The notes: generated by a model from the sequence alone, not told the origin. Numbered from the stretch's first letter, positions 39,505 through 49,559 are shown. The stretch is 64,000 bases of DNA from Acidovorax sp. (GCF_027492855.1 NZ_JAPUDY010000067.1:1541-65540), one strand, 5' to 3'. Program-made: numbers and translations.

Positions 39505-39972
39505 ATGCCCGCTCGCCCCCTCTCCAACGAAACCCTGCACCTGATCGACGCCGTGCGCACGGCGCTGGCGCAGCGCAGCGATGTGGAGGAGCGCGCCATG
39601 TTCGGTGGCTATTGTTTTCTTGTCGATAGCAAGATCTGCGTTGCCGTGCGGGGCAATGAACTATTGGTTCGATTGCCGCCTTCACGGCATGCGGAATTTC
39701 AAGAAATGCAGAACACCCGCGAAATGTCACCGCGCGGCGGCATGCTGGGCTATTTTTGGGTAGAACCCAACGGCTACGCCACACGGGAGCAGTGGCAGTT
39801 CTGGCTGACGGAGGCCCTGGCCTACAACCCGCTGGCCAAGGCGTCACCGCGCAAGAAGGCCAGAACCTCAGCTGCAACCCAAAGGGCGCCTGCCGCCACC
39901 GGCAGCAAAAAGCCTGCATCCAAAGCCGCCGCCAAGAAGAAAAAACACAGCATCTTCGAAGCCGACGACTGA
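39505..39972 (+). CDS. TfoX N-terminal domain family protein with a Lys/Ala-rich tail
   Basis: 155 aa containing EERAMFGGYCFLVDSKICVAVRGNELLVRL. The tail is KKPASKAAAKKKKH. The ATG lies 2 nt after the MOSC stop. Confidence 0.6.
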   Translation: MPARPLSNETLHLIDAVRTALAQRSDVEERAMFGGYCFLVDSKICVAVRGNELLVRLPPSRHAEFQEMQNTREMSPRGGMLGYFWVEPNGYATREQWQFWLTEALAYNPLAKASPRKKARTSAATQRAPAATGSKKPASKAAAKKKKHSIFEADD

Positions 39973-40010
39973 CCCGCCCTGCCCTTCACCACCGTCCGGA
40001 GCCCACCACC

Positions 40011-40409
40011 ATGCCCCTTCGCATCGTCCGCCTTGGCACCCCACGCGCCACCGGGGAAGGCACCCGCATCGGCACCGTGCGCCGCCCGCCACGCGGTGTG
40101 CCCAAGGCCGAGTTTGCCAACCGCGACTACTACGACGTGTGGTACCCCCTGCTCTCGCCCACCCCGGAGCTTGTACAGGAAGCCCAGCAGGCGCAGCACA
40201 CGCAGTCCGACAAAGAGTGGGCCGCCTTCGTCAAGCAGTTCCGCAAGGAGCTGACCCAGCCCGAGGCCAGCCGCACGCTCGACCTGCTGGCCGCGCTGTC
40301 GCACCACAGCGCCATGTCGCTGGGCTGCTACTGCGAGGACGAAGCGCGCTGCCACCGCTCGGTGCTGCGCACCGAACTGCTGGCGCGGGGCGCGGACATC
40401 GTCGAATGA
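40011..40409 (+). CDS. DUF488 family protein
   Basis: 132 aa, MPLRIVRLGTPRATGEGTRIGTVRRPPRGVPK..LGCYCEDEARCHRSVL. Confidence 0.65.
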   Translation: MPLRIVRLGTPRATGEGTRIGTVRRPPRGVPKAEFANRDYYDVWYPLLSPTPELVQEAQQAQHTQSDKEWAAFVKQFRKELTQPEASRTLDLLAALSHHSAMSLGCYCEDEARCHRSVLRTELLARGADIVE

Positions 40410-40462
40410 GTTTCCAGTCTTTTTGCCTGGCCATGAGCATCCCTCACACACTTTCCCCCAGT

Positions 40463-40535
40463 CCGTTCGGGCTGAGCCTGTCGAAGCCAGGGCGCCCTGT
40501 ACCCACAGCCCTTCGACTGGCTCAGGGCGAACCGG
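40463..40535. repeat. R2 palindromic repeat, copy f
   Basis: ccgttcgggctgagcctgtcgaagccagggcgccctgtacccacagcccttcgactggctcagggcgaaccgg. Confidence 0.85.
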
Positions 40536-40568
40536 TTTCTCAGAGGCAAACACCTCGTTATTCAAGCC

Positions 40569-40622
40569 TTTTTGGCCTCTAGCGCTTATCCATCAAGCGC
40601 AAGCAGCTATCAAATTCATACC
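40569..40622 (+). repeat. R1 repeat, copy H (33 bp after R2 copy f)
   Basis: tttttggcctctagcgcttatccatcaagcgcaagcagctatcaaattcatacc. Confidence 0.85.
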
Positions 40623-40655
40623 ATTTCTTTCACCACTACCTCTGGAGACAGCAGC

Positions 40656-41540
40656 ATGAAAATCGCATTCATCGGCCTCGGCAACATGGGCGGCCCCATG
40701 GCCCTGAACCTGCACAAGGCGGGCCACGAGGTGCGCGCGTTCGACCTCTCGCAACCCGCACGCGACAAGCTCGCAGCCGACGGCGTGGCCGTGGACACCG
40801 ATGCCAAGGCCGCTGCGCAGGGCGCCGAGGTGGTCATCACCATGTTGCCCGCCAGCCAGCATGTGGAAGGCCTGTTCCTGGGCCAGGGCGAGCTGCTGGC
40901 CCAGTTGCCCGCAGGCACGCTGGTGATCGACTGCTCGACCATCGCCGCCGCCACCTCGCGCAAGGTGGCCGAGGCCGCCAAGGCCAAGGGCGTGGCCTTT
41001 ATCGACGCACCCGTCTCAGGCGGCACCGGTGGCGCCATCGCTGGCACGCTGACCTTCATGGTGGGCGGCGACGCGGCCGACCTGGAGCGCGCCCGCCCCG
41101 TGCTCGAAAAGATGGGCGCCAACATCTTCCACGCAGGCAGCGTGGGCGCGGGCCAGACGGCCAAGATCTGCAACAACATGCTGCTGGGCATCCTGATGGC
41201 GGGCACCAGCGAGGCGATTGCCCTGGGCGTGGCCAACGGCCTGGACCCCAAGGTGCTGTCCGAAATCATGCGCCGCAGCTCGGGCGGCAACTGGGCGCTG
41301 GAGAAGTACAACCCCATGCCCGGCGTGATGGAAACCGCCCCCGCCAGCAAGGGCTATGCGGGCGGCTTCGGCACCGACCTGATGCTCAAGGACCTGGGCC
41401 TGTCGCAAGAAAACGCCACCGCCGTGAAGGCATCCACCCCCCTGGGCGGCCTGGCGCGCAACCTGTATGCCGCGCACAGCCTGGCAGGCAACGGCGCGCT
41501 GGACTTCTCCAGCATCATCAAGATGATGCACAAGGGCTGA
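40656..41540 (+). CDS. mmsB: 3-hydroxyisobutyrate dehydrogenase
   Basis: ATG at 40656 after GGAG, MKIAFIGLGNMGGPMALNL, 294 aa. Confidence 0.9.
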   Translation: MKIAFIGLGNMGGPMALNLHKAGHEVRAFDLSQPARDKLAADGVAVDTDAKAAAQGAEVVITMLPASQHVEGLFLGQGELLAQLPAGTLVIDCSTIAAATSRKVAEAAKAKGVAFIDAPVSGGTGGAIAGTLTFMVGGDAADLERARPVLEKMGANIFHAGSVGAGQTAKICNNMLLGILMAGTSEAIALGVANGLDPKVLSEIMRRSSGGNWALEKYNPMPGVMETAPASKGYAGGFGTDLMLKDLGLSQENATAVKASTPLGGLARNLYAAHSLAGNGALDFSSIIKMMHKG

Positions 41541-41563
41541 TTGAGCACTCCTTGATGACCAAG

Positions 41564-41593
41564 AAAAACGCCAGCAGATGCTGGCGTTTTTTT
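41564..41593. terminator. Bidirectional rho-independent terminator
   Basis: aaaaacgccagc-agat-gctggcgttttttt, between the convergent mmsB and ASCH genes. Confidence 0.85.
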
Positions 41594-41606
41594 GTGGCCG
41601 AAGGGG

Positions 41607-42098
41607 TTAGGCCGCATTTTCGCCGAACGTGCAATAGACGACCCTGAACCGTTCGCAAGCGACCGGCATGGACGGGCTTGGGATGCGACCAATGCGGGCG
41701 CACTCTCTTGCAAAGTAGGCCGTGTGTACTTCGCGCCAGTACTCAAGCGACCCGTCTCCTTCGCCCTCTGTGGCCGCGAACTCTGCTGTGACCTCCGAAA
41801 ATGGCGTGATGTCGACTTGAGTCGTTTCAATCACGCACACCGGATGCCCGTCCCAGGTTGTGACCACGCTGAGATCCCCCGGCTTTGGAGTCGGCATGTT
41901 CGCCGCCTCGAACGACCAAACCAGACCGGCAGTGGCCCGCTTGACTCCGCGCACCACCAGCTCTGCCAGGTGATTGGCGCTCGGCTCGTTGTCGTCGAAG
42001 ACGCAGACTTCGAAGAACCTGGCGTCGACATCCACGGATTGCGTGGCCTTGAACGCGCTCCAGAACGTGCGAACGACGGGGGTCATGGGTGCTGGCAT
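41607..42098 (-). CDS. ASCH domain protein
   Basis: 163 aa with FWSAFKATQ..ANHLAELVVRGVKRATAG, an ASCH/PUA-like pattern. Confidence 0.6.
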   Translation of the reverse strand: MPAPMTPVVRTFWSAFKATQSVDVDARFFEVCVFDDNEPSANHLAELVVRGVKRATAGLVWSFEAANMPTPKPGDLSVVTTWDGHPVCVIETTQVDITPFSEVTAEFAATEGEGDGSLEYWREVHTAYFARECARIGRIPSPSMPVACERFRVVYCTFGENAA

Positions 42099-42157
42099 GC
42101 TGCGGCTTCAACGTTTGACGTAAGCGGCTGCCGTAGGCGGTCCGCTGCAAGCATGGG

Positions 42158-42805
42158 TTAGGTGTCTGTTCCAACTTGGTCCCAATTATTTTCCCCGTCG
42201 TACCGGATCATCCAATTCACGGCACGGTGCCATTCTTGAACTACGCCTCCGTTAATACCATTGAGCGGAGGTGCCCCGTTCAGCCTCGCGTCTCTAACCG
42301 CCCAATGAAGCCTGTACATGAGGTCTGCACGGTCAAGTACCTCGCTCACGCCGCGAGGCCGAATCTCCCTGCGAAGACGATCTGGAGGCTCCAGGCCAGA
42401 AGGAAACAGCGGAAGTATTGGCTTGACGCTTGATTCCTCATCTGGAAGAGCAGCGATTTCTAACAGACCCGCACACCAGGCAACAAAGTAAAGCGCTTCG
42501 AGTTGCCAAGAGAAATGGATTGTGTCTTGGTCTGTAGGGCTCTCCGCAAAGAGGAACTGGCGCTCCTTCTCGGATAGGTAGGCTTGCATCCGATGTGCCG
42601 CAATGTATTCGGCCGTCTTGGATTCTTCGCGGAGGAATGCCTTGTCAACGACGGACCAGAGTGCGATCAGACGGTGGAGCAATTCGTCCGCGGAGCGAAG
42701 CTCGACTTCGTCTTCAGATTCGATGAGTGGCAAGTAGGCATTGACCGAAACGTTGTGCGTTCGGAGTAGCTCTTCTGATGAGGTCTTGCGATCTTGAGGA
42801 AGCAT
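42158..42805 (-). CDS. Hypothetical protein, possibly DUF4272 family (low GC)
   Basis: ATG at 42805, 215 aa. The C-terminal LMYRLHWAVRDARLNG..VVQEWHRAVNWM resembles DUF4272 as I recall it. The family name is tentative. Confidence 0.5.
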   Translation of the reverse strand: MLPQDRKTSSEELLRTHNVSVNAYLPLIESEDEVELRSADELLHRLIALWSVVDKAFLREESKTAEYIAAHRMQAYLSEKERQFLFAESPTDQDTIHFSWQLEALYFVAWCAGLLEIAALPDEESSVKPILPLFPSGLEPPDRLRREIRPRGVSEVLDRADLMYRLHWAVRDARLNGAPPLNGINGGVVQEWHRAVNWMIRYDGENNWDQVGTDT

Positions 42806-43189
42806 GTGCGAGACACCTAACGTAATGTATCCCGCAAAACCTGCGGGATAAACTGGACCATGCGGGATATTCTGGACACTTAATCCTCCTGAAAGCGGCT
42901 TACAGCCTGGGTTTGCAGCCGTTGCGCTGTTCCAATACCCAAGTATAAAAATTCCGGGAAACCCGGCAACTCCAACCTCCCAAACTATAGCCAGCGAAAG
43001 CACGGCGCCTGGGCCTCAACAGGCTCTTTTCAGACCGCGCAAATGGGGGGCTGCGAACCAGTGACCGTGTGCGGCCCAAGCTCGCCCCCATCTTCGGACC
43101 CACAGGCTTGGTACGCCGTTGCGCGAGCACCACCGCCAAAGCGCCCTTCTCCTACCCAGCCTGGGGCGCTTTTCCGCTAAGGTGGCGGA

Positions 43190-44083
43190 ATGCATATGAC
43201 ACCGATTCACATCCCCAGCGCCGGGCGGCCCGCCTCCGGCAAGGCCCTGGCTGCGATCACGTTGGCGGCACTGCTGGCCGCCTGCGGCAGCCAGCCCCAG
43301 GGAGCCCCCATGACGCAGCCCCCTTCTCACTCTTCCACCACCCCCTCTTCTTCGCTCCATGCAGCCCCGACCTCCGCCCACACGCTGCAGGCCTATGACT
43401 GGGATTTGGTGTCCGCGCACGATGCCCGGGGCCAGGCGGCGCCGGGCTGGCTGCTGGCCGGCCGCAGCCCGCTGCGCCTGCACTTTGAGGCCCAGCGGCT
43501 GTCGGTGCAAAACCTGTGCAACGCCATGGGCGCGGGTTACACGTTGCAAGGCCCGGGCCTGCAGGTGGGCCAGCCCGTGTCCACCAAACGCGCCTGCGCC
43601 GACCGCGACTTGATGGCGCTGGAGCAGCGTGTGGGCGCCCTGCTGCCCCAGGCGCAGCGGTTTGAACTGCGGAGCGGCGGCGCCGCCGCCACCAACGCGC
43701 CGCAGCTGGCGGTGTAGTTTGCCGATGGCAGCCGATGGGAACTGGCCGGCACCCCCACGCCCGCCACGCGCTACGGCACGGCGGGCGAGCGCCTGTTTCT
43801 GGAAGTGGCCCCCGAGCGCGTGGCCTGCAACCACCCGTTGATGCCCCACGCCCAATGCCTGCGCGTGCGCGATGTGCGCTATGCCGACAACGGTGTGCGC
43901 CAGGGCGTGGGCGAGTGGCGCATCTTCCAGGGCGAGATCGACGGCTACCGCCACGAGCCGGGGCTGCGCAATGTGCTGCGGGTGCAGCGCTACTCGCTGG
44001 CGCGCAACGGCCAGTTGCCCGCCGATGCACCCAGCCATGCCTATGTGCTGGACCTGGTGGTAGAGGCAGAACGGGTGCGCTAG
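43190..44083 (+). pseudogene. META (HslJ-like) plus DUF4377-type lipoprotein gene interrupted by one in-frame TAG
   Basis: ORFs 43190-43717 and 43805-44083 share one frame. The stretch ..APQLAV-TAG-FADGSRWELAGTPTPATRYGTAGERLFLEVAPERVAC.. reads through coherently. A lipobox LLAACG is present. Confidence 0.6.
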
Positions 44084-44141
44084 GCCCCAAACTTCAAGCC
44101 CAAAGTGCCTGACGATGTATCTATCTCAGAGTCCGATCCAA

Positions 44142-44215
44142 CCGTTCGGGCTGAGCCTGTCGAAGCCAGGGCTTGCCGCGTGGGTGCAAGGCTTCGACAG
44201 GCTCAGCCCGAACGG
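44142..44215. repeat. R2 palindromic repeat, copy g
   Basis: ccgttcgggctgagcctgtcgaagccagggcttgccgcgtgggtgcaaggcttcgacaggctcagcccgaacgg. Confidence 0.85.
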
Positions 44216-44252
44216 TTGGAGGAGAAGCATCTGAGGCATGCACATAATCAGG

Positions 44253-44311
44253 AAAAAATGCCGCTACCGCTTGTCCATCAAGCGCAAAAAGCTATCAAAA
44301 CAGTAGCATAT
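44253..44311 (+). repeat. R1 repeat, copy I (37 bp after R2 copy g)
   Basis: aaaaaatgccgctaccgcttgtccatcaagcgcaaaaagctatcaaaacagtagcatat. Confidence 0.8.
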
Positions 44312-44437
44312 TTGCGGCACTGACTCAGACACCGCTACAGGCACCCATGCCGTCGCCGCAGCGCGCAAAAAAACGCTGTTCGAACGCGCTGGCAAGCAGC
44401 CCCGCCTTGCAAACCTGTGCAGACGCTGCTGCGCAAA

Positions 44438-44474
44438 GAAAAAACCCTGGTGCTATCAACGCACCAGGGGTTTT
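44438..44474 (-). terminator. Rho-independent terminator downstream of icd
   Basis: On the minus strand: aaaacccctggtgc-gttgata-gcaccagggttttttctttg. Confidence 0.75.
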
Positions 44475-44534
44475 GCCAAGGCCTTTCAGGCTTCTTTTGT
44501 CGGGGCGTTCTGATTCGCCCCGAAACCGGAGGGG

Positions 44535-45794
<1,260 letters not shown>

Positions 45795-45976
45795 GGGGGA
45801 AGAGTCTCCAGGGTGCGCCGAGACGGGCCCGGCAAGGTAAGCATTCAAACCATTCTAATGAGAAAAAATTTCGTCCAAAACCCTGTCAACGCAACTCTCG
45901 CTGCTATCGTTGCGGGTGGAGCTGTACGGTGTTTCGTACGGCCCTCAACCCTTCGCTCACTTTGGAAACGGCATAT

Positions 45977-46192
45977 ATGAAAAAACTCCTCGCTGTCCTC
46001 GTGTCCGGTCTGTTCGCTGCCGGTGCTTTCGCACAGGCGCCCGCAGCCGCTCCAGCCACGCCTGCTCCTGCTGCAGCCCCCATGGCCGCCCAAACCCAGG
46101 CCCCTGCCCCGGCAGCCAAAGCCACTCACATCGCCAAGAAAAAGAGCACCAAGAAGGTCGCTAAGAAAAAGACCGCTCACAAGGCCGCCTGA
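45977..46192 (+). CDS. Small secreted Ala/Pro/Lys-rich protein (Asr-like composition)
   Basis: 71 aa with signal peptide MKKLLAVLVSGLFAAGAFAQA, then AP-rich and KKKSTKKVAKKKTAHKAA. A terminator follows. Confidence 0.6.
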   Translation: MKKLLAVLVSGLFAAGAFAQAPAAAPATPAPAAAPMAAQTQAPAPAAKATHIAKKKSTKKVAKKKTAHKAA

Positions 46193-46253
46193 GCCAGGGA
46201 ATCCGGGTCTGGCACAAGTCCCACGCGTTGCCAGGCCTGCACTGATTCAAAAT

Positions 46254-46277
46254 CGCCCGCATCTGCGGGCGTTTTTA
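46254..46277 (+). terminator. Rho-independent terminator
   Basis: cgcccgc-atct-gcgggcgttttt. Confidence 0.8.
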
Positions 46278-46374
46278 TTGGGAGGACCAAAGACTTCCAT
46301 TGCCGAAACGTCCCCGCGCCGTACAGTCCGCCTACAGTCTGCCCTTAGAACGTGTTGACCAGAAAGCCCCGTCC

Positions 46375-46905
46375 ATGACCGCCCTTCGCGCCGCCCCGCT
46401 GCTCCCCGCCACCGGTAAACGCCTTGATCGTCGTCTCGCAACTCTCGCACGCCAAACACTCCGCGCCGCTTGCGCCTTGGCGCTGGCGTCGGTCGTCCCC
46501 GCAGTGGCCACGGCCCAGGAGGGCCCGCAGATGAACCTGCAGCGCGTCGAGCTGACCGCAGGCATGCACCGCATCGACGCCCAGTTGGCCCAGGCCCCGC
46601 AAGAGCGCCAGACCGGCCTGATGTTCCGCAAGGAGATGCCCCAGCACGAGGGCATGTTGTTCGTGTTCGAGCAGCCCACGCAGCAGTGCTTCTGGATGAA
46701 GAACACCCTGCTGCCGCTCACCGCCGCTTTCGTGGCCGACGACGGCACCATCGTGAACCTGGCGGACATGAAGCCCCAGACGCTCGACTCGCACTGCTCC
46801 GCCAAGCCCGTGCGTTATGTGCTGGAGATGAACCAGGGCTGGTTCGCCAAGAAGGGCATCAAGGCCGGCACCAAGCTTGTGGGCGCGCCGTTCAGCCGCA
46901 AATGA
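46375..46905 (+). CDS. DUF192 domain protein (secreted)
   Basis: Start uncertain (ATG 46375, or TTG 46300). ERQTGLMFRKEMPQHEGMLFVF..CFWMKNTLLPLTAAF is typical of DUF192. Confidence 0.7.
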   Translation: MTALRAAPLLPATGKRLDRRLATLARQTLRAACALALASVVPAVATAQEGPQMNLQRVELTAGMHRIDAQLAQAPQERQTGLMFRKEMPQHEGMLFVFEQPTQQCFWMKNTLLPLTAAFVADDGTIVNLADMKPQTLDSHCSAKPVRYVLEMNQGWFAKKGIKAGTKLVGAPFSRK

Positions 46906-46927
46906 TGATGGGGCTGTAGCGCCTTCA

Positions 46928-46986
46928 ATTTGCTATATTTTTGATAGCTTATAGCGCTTGATACACAAGCGCTACCTGCCAAAAAG
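46928..46986 (-). repeat. R1 repeat, copy J (inverted orientation)
   Basis: atttgctatatttttgatagcttatagcgcttgatacacaagcgctacctgccaaaaag. Confidence 0.85.
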
Positions 46987-47017
46987 ACTAAAAAAATAAT
47001 CCACCCAGTCAACCCCA

Positions 47018-47047
47018 TAAAAAAACGGCCCGAGGGCCGTTTTTTTA
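47018..47047. terminator. Bidirectional rho-independent terminator (sodB / DUF192 gene)
   Basis: aaaaaaacggcc-cgag-ggccgttttttt. Confidence 0.8.
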
Positions 47048-47090
47048 TGGCAGGCCGCCGGGTAGAACACCCCACGGCCATGCGCCTGCA

Positions 47091-47672
47091 TCAAGCGAAG
47101 TTGGCTTCAGCAAACTTCCAGTTCACCAGTTTGTCGAGGAAGGTTTCGACGAACTTGGGGCGCATATTGCGGTAGTCGATGTAGTAGGCGTGTTCCCACA
47201 CGTCCACCGTCAGCAGCGCCTTGTCGGCGGTGGTCAGGGGCGTGCCGGCGGCGCCGGTGTTGACGATGTCCACGCTGCCGTCGGGCTTCTTCACCAGCCA
47301 GGTCCAGCCCGAGCCGAAGTTGCCCACGGCGCTCTTCACAAAGGCTTCCTTGAAGGCGGCGTAGCTGCCCCACTTGGCGTTGATGGCCGCAGCCAGCGCG
47401 CCAGATGGCTCACCGCCGCCCTGGGGTGCCATGCAGCTCCAGAAGAAGGTGTGGTTCCAGATCTGAGCTGCGTTGTTGTAGATGCCGCCGCTCGACTTCT
47501 TGACGATCTCTTCGAGCGTCATGGCTTCGAACTCGGTGCCCTTTTGCAGGTTGTTGAGGTTCACCACATAGGCGTTGTGGTGCTTGCCGTGGTGGTACTC
47601 CAGGGTTTCCTGGCTGTAGCTCGGGGCCAGGGCATCGATGGCGTAGGGCAGCGGGGGAAGGGTATGTTCCAT
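47091..47672 (-). CDS. sodB: Fe/Mn-family superoxide dismutase (Fe-type)
   Basis: 193 aa, [45 protein letters not shown]. Confidence 0.92.
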   Translation of the reverse strand: MEHTLPPLPYAIDALAPSYSQETLEYHHGKHHNAYVVNLNNLQKGTEFEAMTLEEIVKKSSGGIYNNAAQIWNHTFFWSCMAPQGGGEPSGALAAAINAKWGSYAAFKEAFVKSAVGNFGSGWTWLVKKPDGSVDIVNTGAAGTPLTTADKALLTVDVWEHAYYIDYRNMRPKFVETFLDKLVNWKFAEANFA

Positions 47673-47878
47673 GGTGGTGTTTCCTCGTGGTTTGAATTTC
47701 TAGGATGCCATCTGCAACGCGCTCTTTCCTGAGCCATGCAGCCGGACACAAAGCGAAGGGGGCATTGTAGGAAGATCGGGTGACCTGTGCAGCCTCAGGG
47801 TGACCCAGCTCAAAAGAAAGCCTCCCCCAAAAGGCTATATGCACCTGCCCAGGCCACGCCAGGAACAGGTTGGCGCAC

Positions 47879-49213
47879 TCACAGCAGCCGTGGCTGGGCG
47901 GCCACCGTCACGTCCACCGCCCCATCGGACAGCGTGGCCCGCAGTGCGGCGCCGACCGGGGCCTGGCGCACGCTGGTCACGGCCTGGCCGCCTGCGTCGG
48001 TAAGCAGCGCATAACCGCGCTGCAGCACCAGGCGGGGGTCCAGCAACTCCAGCCGCAAGGCCGCGCGGTCGAGCCGCTCGGCCTGTTGGGCCACGCTGCG
48101 CTGCAGCTTGATAGGTAAATCAGCCGCCAGCGCTTGTTGTGATTGGATCAAACGCTGCATTTTTAATAGCACACCATGGCGCATGCGCTGGGCCAGGCGG
48201 GCCAGTTGCATCTGCTCGCGCGCGACCAGCCCCGAGGGGCGGCCCAGGCGCGCGGCGGCCTGGTCAAGCCGCTGGTGGCGGGCGTCGAGCTGGCGCTGCA
48301 CGCCGTCGCCCATGCGCCCCGCCAGCAGGCCCAGCGCGCCCAGCCACACGTCGCGCGGCTGGGCCACCAGTTCGGCCGCCGCCGTGGGCGTGGGCGCGCG
48401 CAGGTCGGCGCAGAAGTCGGCGATGGTGAAGTCGGTCTCGTGCCCCACGCCGCTGATGAGCGGCACCGGGCTTTGCACGATGGTGCGGGCCAGTTGCTCG
48501 TCGTTGAAGGCCCACAGGTCTTCGATGGAGCCGCCGCCGCGCACCAGCAGGATGATGTCGATGGGTGGATTCCGGGTCAAATCAGCCCCTGGCGCTTGTC
48601 CTGCCTGCGCAAGCAGATACAGTTTTGATAGCGCGGCGACGATGGACGGCGGCGCGGCCACGCCCTGCACCTGCGCGGGCACCAGCACCACGGGGATGTG
48701 TGGCACCCGGCGGCGCAGCGCCGTGACCACGTCATGTAACGCCGCCGCGCCGGGCGAGGTGACCAGGCCGATGCCACGCGGCTGCAGTGGCAGCGGGCGC
48801 TTGCGGGCGGTGTCGAACAGGCCTTCGGCGTCGAGCTGGGCCTTCAGGCGCAGGAACTGCTCGAACAACGCGCCCTGCCCGGCCCGCTGCATGTTTTCGA
48901 CGATGAACTGCAGATCGCCGCGCGCCTCGTACACCCCAAGGCGGCCGCGCAACTCCACCAATTCACCATCGCGCGGCGAAAAGTCAAGCAGGCTGGCCGC
49001 GCGGCGGAACATGGCGCAGCGCAGCTGGCCGTTGGCGTCCTTGATCGAGAAGTAGCAATGCCCGCTGGACGCGCGCGAGAAGCCCGTGATCTCGCCGCGC
49101 ACCGCTACAGGGTTGAATCGGGCCTCCAGGGCATCAGCAATGGCGCGGCACAGCGCGCCAACTTCCCACACACGCGGCGCCACGCCTGGGTTTGTGCGCT
49201 CAAACATCAGCAA
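47879..49213 (-). CDS. xseA: Exodeoxyribonuclease VII large subunit, carrying two in-frame R1-derived segments
   Basis: 444 aa with an OB-fold N-terminus, then RGGGSIEDLWAFNDE, GVGHETDFTIADFCADLRAPTPTAAAE and a coiled-coil tail. Confidence 0.9.
   Translation of the reverse strand: MLMFERTNPGVAPRVWEVGALCRAIADALEARFNPVAVRGEITGFSRASSGHCYFSIKDANGQLRCAMFRRAASLLDFSPRDGELVELRGRLGVYEARGDLQFIVENMQRAGQGALFEQFLRLKAQLDAEGLFDTARKRPLPLQPRGIGLVTSPGAAALHDVVTALRRRVPHIPVVLVPAQVQGVAAPPSIVAALSKLYLLAQAGQAPGADLTRNPPIDIILLVRGGGSIEDLWAFNDEQLARTIVQSPVPLISGVGHETDFTIADFCADLRAPTPTAAAELVAQPRDVWLGALGLLAGRMGDGVQRQLDARHQRLDQAAARLGRPSGLVAREQMQLARLAQRMRHGVLLKMQRLIQSQQALAADLPIKLQRSVAQQAERLDRAALRLELLDPRLVLQRGYALLTDAGGQAVTSVRQAPVGAALRATLSDGAVDVTVAAQPRLL
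48117..48172 (+). repeat. R1-like segment K inside xseA (in frame; encodes VLLKMQRLIQSQQALAADLP)
   Basis: aaatcagccgccagcgcttgttgtgattggatcaaacgctgcatttttaatagcac. Confidence 0.6.
48579..48632 (+). repeat. R1 copy L inside xseA (in frame; encodes ALSKLYLLAQAGQAPGADL)
   Basis: aaatcagcccctggcgcttgtcctgcctgcgcaagcagatacagttttgatagc. Confidence 0.75.
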
Positions 49214-49559
49214 CGGCGGGCGTTTGCGCCGCGCTCGCCTTGCGAGTACTCCACAGAAACCGGCAAGCGGCGGTGCGGACCTGGGTCAAGGCAGCACCTG
49301 CCCGGAAAGCACCAGCGCACGTGCAAGTTATTGATTTATATACATTTTTCATTGCGCAATTTTTCATCAATCTGTTGCAAGCACGGTGTGGAGCCGCTTT
49401 GCGGGGCCCTCAACGTGGGTTGCCCACAAAGTTATCCACAGTTTTTGTGGGTGAGCGGAGGAAGGGATGGCGTGCACGGCAACGTAACGGTTTGTGACGC
49501 GGCAGCACCTGTAAGCTGGGCCATAATCGCCGTTTGCTTTCATCTGCGCGGAGAGAGAT

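Noticed and set aside
47811-47840. Weak hairpin (agcct..aggct) downstream of xseA as a terminator
   Set aside because: The stem is only 5 bp with an interrupted T-run. That is not strong enough to annotate.
49320-49375. AT-rich stretch upstream of exbB considered as a Fur box
   Set aside because: No acceptable match to GATAATGATAATCATTATC. This exbBD pair sits in the conserved lpxK-kdsB envelope cluster rather than with TonB or receptor genes.
49432-49440. Perfect DnaA box TTATCCACA inside an inverted repeat (cccacaaa..tttgtggg) upstream of exbB
   Set aside because: A single 9-mer is expected by chance roughly once in this much sequence. There is no cluster of boxes, no AT-rich 13-mers and no dnaA/dnaN/gidA context, so it is not an origin.
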